From Alphaproteobacteria bacterium (lineage in GTDB: Bacteria; Pseudomonadota; Alphaproteobacteria; UBA8317): a stretch of DNA of 64,000 bases. Below, piece by piece: positions 19,897 to 28,772 of this stretch; position 1 is the first letter of the stretch, and each line of letters starts with the position of its first letter. The stretch spans positions 32,001-96,000 of the forward strand of contig JAYPQH010000037.1 in NCBI GenBank assembly GCA_038131935.1, written 5' to 3'. The notes below the pieces were generated by a model. The model searched no databases. It saw nothing but the letters and a program-made list of their open reading frames with translations, and was not told the origin of the DNA. The translations under genes were made by a program, and so were the position numbers.

Positions 19897-21735
19897 ATGA
19901 GTCCACCAAGGGACCACAGATTTTCAAGAAGATTGCAGCAAGGTGAATTAAGGCGTACTTTTGGCATTCTTTTGCCATATTTGTGGCCGAGCGATAGTTT
20001 GGAAACCAAAGCTCGTGTGGTCACAGCTTTCGTGCTGTTAAGTTTGTCGAAGGTAGCTGGGTTATTCGTGCCAGTCATTTTGGGCCAAGCCGTTGATATG
20101 GTCTCTGAAGAAGCTTTCGCTTTGCCGATGATCTTGGGATTGTTGGTGGCTTATGGTGCTTTGCGTGTTGGTGAGCAATTATTCTCTGAAGGAAGAGAAT
20201 ATATTTTTGCTCGGGTGGCTCAAAGGACAATTCGTTCCGTTGGTGTTAGGGTTTTTGACCATTTGCATAGTTTATCATTACGGTTTCATCTCGATCGACA
20301 AACGGGAGGGCTGAGCCGGATTATTGAACGTGGAACGAAAGCAATTGAGTTTCTTCTTACATTCATGCTCTTCAATATTGTCCCCATGGCCATTGAATTG
20401 TTGTTGGTCTGCGCGGTTTTATGGTCACTTTATGATGTCTCTTTCGCAGTCGTGACCTTGTTGGTGATTACAATTTATGTGGCATGGACACTGATTTTTA
20501 CAGAATTTCGTATTAAGCTCCGCAAACGCATGAACCAGTCAGATCAGCAAGCGCATGGAAGAGCTGTTGACTCCTTACTGAATTATGAGACCGTAAAATA
20601 TTTTGGCAACGAACAGCATGAGAGTGATCGGTTTTCAGGGGCCATGAAGCGGTATGAGGATGCAGCTGTGCGATCACGCACATCGCTCTCTGTTTTGAAT
20701 GTGGGACAAGGCTTCATCATTGCTGTTGGTTTAACTTTGGTAATGTATCTTGCCGCAAAGGGCATCGACCAAGGTCATATGACCGCTGGTGACTTCGTCA
20801 CGGTGAATGCTTATCTCATTCAACTCTATTTGCCTTTAGATTTTCTTGGTTTTGTCTACAGAGAAATCAGGCAATCCCTGGTTGATATGGCTGATATGTT
20901 TGGTTTGTTTGGCCAACCTAAGGAGGTCGATGATATGCCAAACGCACCTCCATTGGTGAGAAAAGGGGGCGAAGTTGTTTTTGACCATGTAGGTTTTTCG
21001 TATCAAGAAAATCGTCAAATCCTTCATGATGTAAGTTTCGTCGCAAGGCCTGGAGAGACTGTGGCCATCGTAGGACCTTCAGGAGCAGGTAAGTCGACAT
21101 TGTCCCGCTTGTTGTTTCGTTTTTTTGATGTGACATCTGGCGAAATCAGGATTGATGGACAGAACATTTCCCACGTTCAGCAGCATTCATTACGCCAATC
21201 CATCGGGATTGTACCTCAAGATACCGTACTTTTTAATGATACGATTGGGTATAATATTGCGTATGGACATCCAGGGTCCTCTAAAGATGCGATTGTTGAG
21301 GCTGCGAAATTGGCCAGTATTCATCAATTTATCATGGAGTTACCAGATGGTTATGATACCATGGTGGGTGAACGTGGATTGAAATTGTCTGGTGGTGAGA
21401 AACAGCGGGTTGCCATCGCAAGAACCCTTCTGAAAGCACCGGAGATATTTCTATTCGATGAAGCGACTTCTGCGTTAGACACACGAACAGAGCGCGCCAT
21501 ACAAGGCTCCTTGCGCACGCTCTCCGAGGGGAAAACAACTTTAATAATCGCACATCGCCTCTCCACAATTACCCATGCAGACCAGATCATTGTTTTGGAC
21601 AAAGGCCGTGTTGTTGAACAGGGTCATCACGATGCTCTACTGGCTAAACAGGGGCTTTATGCGCAAATGTGGGAACAGCAAGCACGTGTGGATAATGATA
21701 GCCGTGAGCTGGTGTCCATAAGTCATCATCCATGA
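19897..21735 (+). CDS. Atm1/ABCB7-type ABC exporter (fused permease-ATPase)
   Basis: LSLRFHLDRQTGGLSRIIERG, AVDSLLNYETVKYF, GPSGAGKST, LSGGEKQRVAIAR, DEATSALD. Confidence 0.93.
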   Translation: MSPPRDHRFSRRLQQGELRRTFGILLPYLWPSDSLETKARVVTAFVLLSLSKVAGLFVPVILGQAVDMVSEEAFALPMILGLLVAYGALRVGEQLFSEGREYIFARVAQRTIRSVGVRVFDHLHSLSLRFHLDRQTGGLSRIIERGTKAIEFLLTFMLFNIVPMAIELLLVCAVLWSLYDVSFAVVTLLVITIYVAWTLIFTEFRIKLRKRMNQSDQQAHGRAVDSLLNYETVKYFGNEQHESDRFSGAMKRYEDAAVRSRTSLSVLNVGQGFIIAVGLTLVMYLAAKGIDQGHMTAGDFVTVNAYLIQLYLPLDFLGFVYREIRQSLVDMADMFGLFGQPKEVDDMPNAPPLVRKGGEVVFDHVGFSYQENRQILHDVSFVARPGETVAIVGPSGAGKSTLSRLLFRFFDVTSGEIRIDGQNISHVQQHSLRQSIGIVPQDTVLFNDTIGYNIAYGHPGSSKDAIVEAAKLASIHQFIMELPDGYDTMVGERGLKLSGGEKQRVAIARTLLKAPEIFLFDEATSALDTRTERAIQGSLRTLSEGKTTLIIAHRLSTITHADQIIVLDKGRVVEQGHHDALLAKQGLYAQMWEQQARVDNDSRELVSISHHP

Positions 21736-21875
21736 TCCTTAGCAAGGAGCTCCACAAGGCGCACAACTAGATTGTGGCTGAGAGCTGTCAAACCCCTTTG
21801 ACGGTGATGATAAATGATCAAATAGCGCAAAGAGGATGAGCAAAAGGACAAGGTATTTTGGTAAAAACCGCATCA

Positions 21876-23021
21876 CTATCGCTCCATTCCTAAGAAATAC
21901 CGTAACTTGATACCTAAAGGGGTGCTAACAAAAGCGATCAAAAACCAGAGCCAACCATGTATTGAGCCAGACGCAGTACCCCCCAAAAATGCACCTATAT
22001 TGCATCCAAATGAGAGACGTGCCCCGTAGCCCATTAAAAGGCCGCCAACGATAGCGATCAGCATTTCACGAATGGGGAGTTGTGATGGTCCTACGGTTTT
22101 CTGGGCAAAAGCTGCATAGGCTGAGGCCCCAAGCAACATCCCTATATTCATGACCGAGCTGACTTCTGTAAGCACAGAATGTTCAAGGGCTTGCTGTCCT
22201 TTCTGCCAAGTCCAAAAAGGAACTGTTGACAAGTCTACGCCCATGATTTGTGCAAATTTAGCACCCCATAATGTAAAGCCATAGGTGACTGACCATGGAT
22301 GACCTGCGAGCAATAATGTGCATAGGTTGAGAATGATGAGGATAATGCCTGCTTCGGTCCAGCTCCATGAGCCTGTAAAGGGAAGGCGCTGAAAAGGTGA
22401 AGAAATCTGCCAAGATTTCGTTTCACGAAAGAATAGTAATCCACAGATTACAAAAACCCATGTTGCCAAAAGTGCTAATGGCCAGCCCCACAGATTTGCC
22501 ATGGCTACGGGCTGTGTTTTTGGTAAGGCCAACCAGAAACCCATATCAAGAGACGCCCAGAAGGCGCCTGCAATAAAGCCAATAAGGGCAAAGCTTGAGC
22601 GAATAGAGCCACCACCCAGTGCAAAAAGGGTTCCTGAGGCGCACCCATTAGCAAGCTGCATCCCAATAGAAAATAGCACCGCCCCTACCAGCAAACTGAC
22701 ACCAACGGGGGCAATGGCACCTCTCAACTGATCAGGAAAATAGGCAATGAGTGGAATAAACAAGGTCGCAGTGGCAGCTATGACCCATAATTGGGCCCGA
22801 ATACCTGTACCATCACCCGTTTTGAAATAAAGTCGCCAAGAGCCAGCAAATCCAAATGAGCCTGCGAGCATGGCTGCTCCAAGTCCTGCACCAACCAGTA
22901 GCAGTATGGCTTGGCGTGCATGAACCTCAAAAAAAATGATCGTAAAAAGGAACAATAGGCCAGCAAGAGCTGGCCATCTTGTGTTTGGCAAAGCAAGACT
23001 TGTCATGATTATTGTAGCCAC
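21876..23021 (-). CDS. YeeE/YedE sulfur-compound (thiosulfate-type) transporter
   Basis: Multi-TM protein; GMQLANGCASGTL and GYGARLSFGCNIGAF Cys motifs. Confidence 0.92.
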   Translation of the reverse strand: MATIIMTSLALPNTRWPALAGLLFLFTIIFFEVHARQAILLLVGAGLGAAMLAGSFGFAGSWRLYFKTGDGTGIRAQLWVIAATATLFIPLIAYFPDQLRGAIAPVGVSLLVGAVLFSIGMQLANGCASGTLFALGGGSIRSSFALIGFIAGAFWASLDMGFWLALPKTQPVAMANLWGWPLALLATWVFVICGLLFFRETKSWQISSPFQRLPFTGSWSWTEAGIILIILNLCTLLLAGHPWSVTYGFTLWGAKFAQIMGVDLSTVPFWTWQKGQQALEHSVLTEVSSVMNIGMLLGASAYAAFAQKTVGPSQLPIREMLIAIVGGLLMGYGARLSFGCNIGAFLGGTASGSIHGWLWFLIAFVSTPLGIKLRYFLGMER

Positions 23022-23971
23022 GCGCTCAAGAAGCTTTTTAGGTCATCAAATCGTGTGCGGTCTGATTCCATGGCCAATTTGGTATCTTTCGACCATGCCA
23101 ACATAGATCCATCATATAACGATACCTGGGGAATTTCCAAAAGTTCATGAAGGACGAACCAGTTATTGGCAGCCCAGTGACCAGAGTTGCAATAACTTAC
23201 CACCGGCTTGGTTATGTCCAGTTTGTTCTGGTTCTGTGTGCGTAATGTATCCAGTGGTAGAAAATATGCCGTACCAGGCTGAAATTGGCTGGCTTGATCA
23301 AACCAAATGGAATCTTTGATTCTTCCAAAACGGCTTGCCAAAGGATGCTTCTCTTTGCCAAGGAACTGGGCTTCGGGTCTCCCGTCGACCAAATTGGCTG
23401 TGTTTTTATCAAGTGCGGCGACCTGAGATGTTGTGGAAAGCAATTCAGGTCTTGGATTGGCCGTGAAAATAGTCGCATCCGCTTCTTGTGCCTGTGTTGA
23501 TAAGGGCCGGTTTGCCTTTTCCCACGCATCAAAGCCACCATCAAGTAACGATACCTGATCATGGCCTAGATATTTAAGGGTCCAATAAACTCTTGTGGCA
23601 GCACCAATATCCGTGGGGCTTTTGCCTTCAGAATAGATAACAACATGAGTTTGTTCATCAATGCCAAGGCTGCCCATAAAAGCTTCTAATGCAGAAATAT
23701 CTGGTAACATACCTGGAATATCATTTTGTTTGACACGCCATGATTTTGGATAAGGGGCGGCAATGGCACCGGGTATATGGCCTTCGCTATGAGGGACAAT
23801 TTTTTTGCCGTCTTTTTCGATCAAGGACCTTATATCGACAAGCCGGATTTTTTTCATGACTTCTGGTGTGATGTCATTGACCTGTACCAGTGGTTTTAAA
23901 ATGTTTGCATGACCAAAAGGTGCAGCAAAGAGAACAAGAATGAGAGAAAGGGAATATAAAAAAGGACGCAT
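23009..23971 (-). CDS. Exported tandem-rhodanese sulfurtransferase
   Basis: Signal peptide (..APFGHA), GHIPGAI, ATRVYWTLKYLGH..LLDGG, active-site YCNSGHWA, LYDGSM..W. GGAG SD upstream of ATG 23971. Confidence 0.9.
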   Translation of the reverse strand: MRPFLYSLSLILVLFAAPFGHANILKPLVQVNDITPEVMKKIRLVDIRSLIEKDGKKIVPHSEGHIPGAIAAPYPKSWRVKQNDIPGMLPDISALEAFMGSLGIDEQTHVVIYSEGKSPTDIGAATRVYWTLKYLGHDQVSLLDGGFDAWEKANRPLSTQAQEADATIFTANPRPELLSTTSQVAALDKNTANLVDGRPEAQFLGKEKHPLASRFGRIKDSIWFDQASQFQPGTAYFLPLDTLRTQNQNKLDITKPVVSYCNSGHWAANNWFVLHELLEIPQVSLYDGSMLAWSKDTKLAMESDRTRFDDLKSFLSAWLQ

Positions 23972-24116
23972 ATCGGATCTCCTCCAAAAAACTCTCTCAC
24001 ACTTGCGCAACAGGAGATATTTATTCTACTTAATTGGAGTAAATTGGGATAAAAAAAGAATAATTATACCTAATTTCTGATTTATAAAGCATATTTTTTT
24101 CCAATAAGGTCAGATA

Positions 24117-24581
24117 ATGGACAAAATTGATCAAAAAATACTATCGCATTTGCAACGTGATGCTGCCATTCCTATTGCGGATCTTGCTCGCGCCGTTGGG
24201 TTATCCACAACGCCTTGCTGGCGAAGGGTTCAAAAACTTGAAGCTGATGGTGTCATCAAGGCCAAGGTGGCGCTATTGGATGCGGACCAACTTGGCCTAG
24301 GTCTCACGGCGTTCATGGCTGTAACCACGAACCGTCACAACCGAGAGTGGTTAGACCATTTCGCGCATGTCGTTGTGGATTTTCCTGAAGTGGTTGAGTT
24401 CCATCGGTTGGCAGGAACTATTGATTATCTGTTGAAGGTCATGGTTCCCACCATGCAACATTATGATGATTTTTATAAAAGATTGGTTGCCCGTGTTGAA
24501 ATTTCGGAAGTAAGCAGCTGGTTTGCCATGGAGCGCATAAAAGAAACCACCATGCTTCCCCTCCATCACATACCTCAATGA
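24117..24581 (+). CDS. Lrp/AsnC-family regulator (DecR-like)
   Basis: MDKIDQKIL..VGLSTTPCWRRVQKLE..GVI, PEVVEFHRLAG.IDYLLKV, YDDFYKRL, FAMERIK.TT.LP. Confidence 0.93.
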   Translation: MDKIDQKILSHLQRDAAIPIADLARAVGLSTTPCWRRVQKLEADGVIKAKVALLDADQLGLGLTAFMAVTTNRHNREWLDHFAHVVVDFPEVVEFHRLAGTIDYLLKVMVPTMQHYDDFYKRLVARVEISEVSSWFAMERIKETTMLPLHHIPQ

Positions 24582-24708
24582 CAATGAAAAACATGATGTT
24601 TTGTGATATATTACGAATTCACACCCTGTGCATATAAAACCAACGTTTTGTGCAAGGGTTATTGGGTGTGGTAAATTGATATTGTAAGGCTTCAAGGGGT
24701 TTAGAAAA

Positions 24709-25206
24709 ATGTTACGTTTCATAAGTTTAAGTGTAATGATGGCTATTTGTGCGGTGTCTGCTAGAGCGCAAGAAGATAGCTTGCAAAGATTTCACGTATT
24801 GGCACCACATCTGGCTCATGAATTGGTTGAAGCCACCCTACAAGCCTGTGAGGAAGATGGCTTTCAGGTAGCTGTTGCCGTTGTTGATCGCTTTGGTGTG
24901 CCTCAAGCTTTGTTGCGCAACAGGTTTGCGGGGCCTCATACCCCCAAAACGGCCATTCGCAAGGCTTACACAGCCATAAGCTTTCGCAGCAATACCTTAG
25001 ATTTGATCGAGCCAACACAATCTGGTTCACCTCAGTCGGGTGCGCGTAACATTGATCATGTGCTCATGTTAGGGGGTGGTTTGGTGATTGAAGCAGCTGG
25101 TGAAATGCTTGGTGGTCTGGGTATCTCAGGAGCGCCTAGCGGAGAGGATGATGAGGCCTGTGGGCAAAAGGGATTGGATGCTATTGCGGATAAGTTGCCT
25201 TTTTAA
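24709..25206 (+). CDS. GlcG/HbpS-family heme-binding protein, exported
   Basis: Signal peptide; VAVAVVDRFG, A.RKAYTA, GGG..I...GE.LGGLGISGAPSGEDDEAC. Confidence 0.9.
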   Translation: MLRFISLSVMMAICAVSARAQEDSLQRFHVLAPHLAHELVEATLQACEEDGFQVAVAVVDRFGVPQALLRNRFAGPHTPKTAIRKAYTAISFRSNTLDLIEPTQSGSPQSGARNIDHVLMLGGGLVIEAAGEMLGGLGISGAPSGEDDEACGQKGLDAIADKLPF

Positions 25207-25280
25207 AAGAACGCGAAACCCTTGGAGATTTTGCCTATTTTCAGACGTTATCCACAGCAATCACATGAGGTGGTCTTGAG

Positions 25281-25520
25281 TTGAACAACTTGGAATTAAG
25301 ACAAGAGCCTGGGAAGTTGGTATTGAAGGACTTCTACACCCCTTGGGCTTACTGCTTGTATCATGATGATGGTGGTATCGAATATGTTTTCGTAGCCCCA
25401 CGTTTAAGAAGACGTGGTTTAGGGCGGCTTATGTTGCAAATTGTCCAGAGGATCACGTCATCTTTAATCTACCCTGCAACACCTATGAGTGAGAAAGGCG
25501 AGGCTTTTTTCAGCATTTAG
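25281..25520 (+). CDS. Minimal GNAT-like acetyltransferase (79 aa)
   Basis: IEYVFVAPRLRRRGLGRLML (acetyl-CoA binding motif A). GAGGTGG SD-like sequence before the TTG start. Confidence 0.65.
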   Translation: MNNLELRQEPGKLVLKDFYTPWAYCLYHDDGGIEYVFVAPRLRRRGLGRLMLQIVQRITSSLIYPATPMSEKGEAFFSI

Positions 25521-25619
25521 ATCTGATCAAGACACAGCATCCGGGGCGGTTACGCGATCATATGCACAAAGCGTACCTCTCTCCTCCTGTTGGTCTAGCC
25601 TGTCCTCAGGAGATGAAAA

Positions 25620-26903
25620 ATGGATGATCAAGGATTGACGACATTACTTTTGCTCAGCGTTGGGTTTTTTTTCTTGGGCTTTGCCACGGCATGGTTACGT
25701 CTATCGTCATACCGTAAACATGCAGAGAAAACACAAACCGAGCTTGCGGTATTGCAAGCACGATTTGACGAGGTCAATCGAGGACATGCAGAACAATTGC
25801 GCAGTTTGGAAAATGTTCGAGGGCAGATCGAAAAAGACCTAAAGTTGGTTAATCAAGAGCTTCTTGAGCGCAATAGCGAAACTTTTTTGAAAAGAGCGCA
25901 AGATAGTCTTGCCCAGCGTGAGGCCCTGGCACGCGAACAGATGTCAGCTTTGGTGAAACCTATTCATGAGGGATTAAAAGGATATCAGGAGCATTTGCAT
26001 AAAATTGAGTCCACACGCCGCCGAGATGAGGGGGCACTTTATGAACATTTACAAATACTCGCGCGGTCTCAACAGGATCTTGGTCAGCAAACCTCAAAAC
26101 TTGTGAATGCATTGAAATCAGCTCCCAAAACCCGAGGTCGTTGGGGTGAGCAGCAATTGAAAAATGTTATGGAAATTGCAGGTCTCAGTGAGCATGTTGA
26201 TTTTGTTTTAGAAAAATCCTTTTCCTCTAATGATATAACCTTACGACCAGATGCGGTTATCCAGCTGCCTCAAGGTCGTCAGTTGGTTGTTGACGCCAAA
26301 ACACCTATGGCGGCTTATCTTGAGGCGTTGGAAATCCTGGATGATGAGGAACGAGAAATCAAACTTCGTGATCATGCGCGTCAAGCAAGGGTGCATATGC
26401 AATCTTTGGCTTCAAAATCTTATTGGTCGCATATAAAGGGTGCTGCGGATTATGTGGTGATGTTTATGCCCGGTGAAAACCTTTTTACCGCCGCGGTGGA
26501 ACGTGATCCCGCTCTACTTGTTGATGGCATTGATCGGCGTGTCTTGATTACAACGCCTACCACCTTTGTGGCCCTGGCACATGTGGTGGCTGCCAGTTGG
26601 CGTCAGGAGCGGCTAACCGACAACGCCATCCAAATGGGCAAATTAGGCCAAGACCTTTATGAGCGGATGTCTATTCTTGGTGAGAGGGTTGCAAAGCTTA
26701 CCCAACATATGGATCGTGCGGTGAAGTCACATAACGAATTGGTGGCAACCTTAGAATCGAGGGTAATGCCACAAGCACGAAAATTTGTGGATATGGGTAC
26801 GGTGACAAATTCAAGAGATATAGCCACTTTGGAAATGGTCGAAACAACGGCGCGCAAATTGCGAGAAGATCGTGACTTTGCACAAGATGAAACATCATCA
26901 TAA
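25620..26903 (+). CDS. rmuC: DNA recombination protein RmuC
   Basis: N-terminal TM plus coiled coil, RGRWGEQQL, LRPDAVI.LP, VVDAKTP, DYVVMFMPGE, TPTT. Confidence 0.93.
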   Translation: MDDQGLTTLLLLSVGFFFLGFATAWLRLSSYRKHAEKTQTELAVLQARFDEVNRGHAEQLRSLENVRGQIEKDLKLVNQELLERNSETFLKRAQDSLAQREALAREQMSALVKPIHEGLKGYQEHLHKIESTRRRDEGALYEHLQILARSQQDLGQQTSKLVNALKSAPKTRGRWGEQQLKNVMEIAGLSEHVDFVLEKSFSSNDITLRPDAVIQLPQGRQLVVDAKTPMAAYLEALEILDDEEREIKLRDHARQARVHMQSLASKSYWSHIKGAADYVVMFMPGENLFTAAVERDPALLVDGIDRRVLITTPTTFVALAHVVAASWRQERLTDNAIQMGKLGQDLYERMSILGERVAKLTQHMDRAVKSHNELVATLESRVMPQARKFVDMGTVTNSRDIATLEMVETTARKLREDRDFAQDETSS

Positions 26904-26911
26904 CAGCGTGG

Positions 26912-28660
26912 TTATTGTTGCCAAAAGCTTGCGTTTAAGTCGAGCTGTTCGCTTCGACGTGACTGAATCAACGTGCGTGTTTCCGAGACCATTTCTTGGG
27001 TTAAACCTATCGAGCGTAATGTCTCCTCTGACATCAATAAAGATGAGCCCAGCATGTCCGGGATAGCTGTGTCAGCACCTTGGTCTCGAAGTTTTTGCGC
27101 CTCATGTTCATCATGGGCACGCGAAATAATGGTGGCATGAGGTGCCATTTGGCGAATGATTTTGGTGACCGTAAACACGGCATAAGGATCATCTAAAGCC
27201 ACCACAACCACCTGCCGTTTGTCCACATGAAGTTTGGCGAGAAAATCCTCTCGCTTAGCTTCTCCAAACAGGACATCAATACCAGCACGACGGGCTTCTC
27301 GAACATGGTTCATGTGATTATCAACAGCAATATATGTAATGGCTTGTGCACTGAGGGCTTCGGCAATCGTGGTTCCTACCCGACCAATACCAAGCAATAA
27401 AACGTCTGCAATGTCTTCTTCGTCTTGGGCAGGCGTGGTGACATGCAAAGCGTTTTCTTTAGCCTCTGTGCGTTTGGCCAATTTTGCTCCCCAGGAGGCA
27501 AGAAAAGGATGTGTCATCATTGAAATGAGGACGACTGATACAAGTATTTGTTTGGTCGCATCATCAATCAAATTGGTTTGGGTGGCTGTAGCGAGTAAGA
27601 TAAAGGCAAATTCTCCTGCAGGTGCAAGCAGCAACGCTGCTTCAATAGAAGCGGAACGGGTTTGCCGGAAAAATGTCATCAAAGCCATGATCACTGTAGA
27701 TTTTATCAAAAGAACAAGAATGATGAGGCCTATAATTTGGGGCAATTGCCAAAGTATGCCATCTAAAGGCAGTAGCATGCCTGTGGATAAGAAAAATAAC
27801 CCCAATAACAAGCTTTTAAATGGTTCAATGTCAGCTTCAATTTGATAACGGCTAGAGGTGTTTGCAAAAACAAGACCCGCCAATAAGGCGCCAAGCGATG
27901 AGGAAAGTCCTGCCAACTCGGCACCAGCAGACATGACAAACATGACCAGTAAAATGATGGCCATGAAGCCTGCTCTCCCCGTGAAGCGAGAATGCACCAG
28001 GATAGGTCTTACCACCACACGCCCGATCCCATACATAGCCAACATGATCAAAATAGCCTGCAAAACACCAAAGCCCAAAGAATTGATATCTAGGGCGCCA
28101 GCTTCGGTATTTCCCAAGCTCACAACTACAAATAAAAGCGGAATTACGGCCAAATCTTGAGCCAACAATATGCCAAAGCTAGCGCGGCCTAAAGGTTCCC
28201 CCATTCGTTTGGTTTCACCAAGCCGGTGCATCACCATAGCTGTTGAACTTAAAGACATGCATATTCCAAACAAAAGCGCTTGCTCTGGGGGGAATTGAAG
28301 CGCCATCATGGCCATTGCAAGGATAAGTATGGTGGCAATTATTTGTAACCCCCCAACACCAGCAATGAGCCGCCTCATGGTAAAAAGACGAGAAGGCGAG
28401 AGTTCTAAGCCAATGGTAAACATCAAAAAGATCACCCCTAAGTCACCTAAAAGCGCGATATCTTCGTCATTGGTAAGCAAAAAAGGATGAAGCTCTGGGA
28501 TTTGACCAAGAATGTCAGGGCCAATAAGGATGCCAATGATGAGGAAGGTTAGAATTTCGTCAAGACCCAGGCGCTTTGCCAGTGGCACCAACAAGCCCGC
28601 CATTCCGAGGTAAACAATAGGCTCACTTAAAACGACCGCACCTAGGTTGCTTCCAGCCAT
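26912..28660 (-). CDS. CPA2-family (Kef-type) K+/H+ antiporter with TrkA-N domain
   Basis: GVIFLMFTIGLELS, SLSSTA, GILLAQDLAV, IEPFKSLLLGLFF, GEFAFI, GIGRVG Rossmann domain. Confidence 0.92.
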   Translation of the reverse strand: MAGSNLGAVVLSEPIVYLGMAGLLVPLAKRLGLDEILTFLIIGILIGPDILGQIPELHPFLLTNDEDIALLGDLGVIFLMFTIGLELSPSRLFTMRRLIAGVGGLQIIATILILAMAMMALQFPPEQALLFGICMSLSSTAMVMHRLGETKRMGEPLGRASFGILLAQDLAVIPLLFVVVSLGNTEAGALDINSLGFGVLQAILIMLAMYGIGRVVVRPILVHSRFTGRAGFMAIILLVMFVMSAGAELAGLSSSLGALLAGLVFANTSSRYQIEADIEPFKSLLLGLFFLSTGMLLPLDGILWQLPQIIGLIILVLLIKSTVIMALMTFFRQTRSASIEAALLLAPAGEFAFILLATATQTNLIDDATKQILVSVVLISMMTHPFLASWGAKLAKRTEAKENALHVTTPAQDEEDIADVLLLGIGRVGTTIAEALSAQAITYIAVDNHMNHVREARRAGIDVLFGEAKREDFLAKLHVDKRQVVVVALDDPYAVFTVTKIIRQMAPHATIISRAHDEHEAQKLRDQGADTAIPDMLGSSLLMSEETLRSIGLTQEMVSETRTLIQSRRSEQLDLNASFWQQ

Positions 28661-28772
28661 TCATCCCATCCAATTCCATATCATCACCACCCACATACCC
28701 AAACCGACTCACATTTGCTATGGTCTTTGCCAAAATATGTTCGTGCATGATGATAAAGAGGCTTGGTAATCG

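Noticed and set aside
25575-25620. Anti-SD CTCCTG able to pair with the rmuC SD (CAGGAG)
   Set aside because: Only 6 bp, with no alternative structure evident; compatible with chance.
27339-27845. Long antisense ORFs (e.g. 27339-27845, 51002-51502, 60809-61225, 40979-41380)
   Set aside because: They lie opposite well-supported genes, have no recognisable motifs and read as typical antisense shadows.
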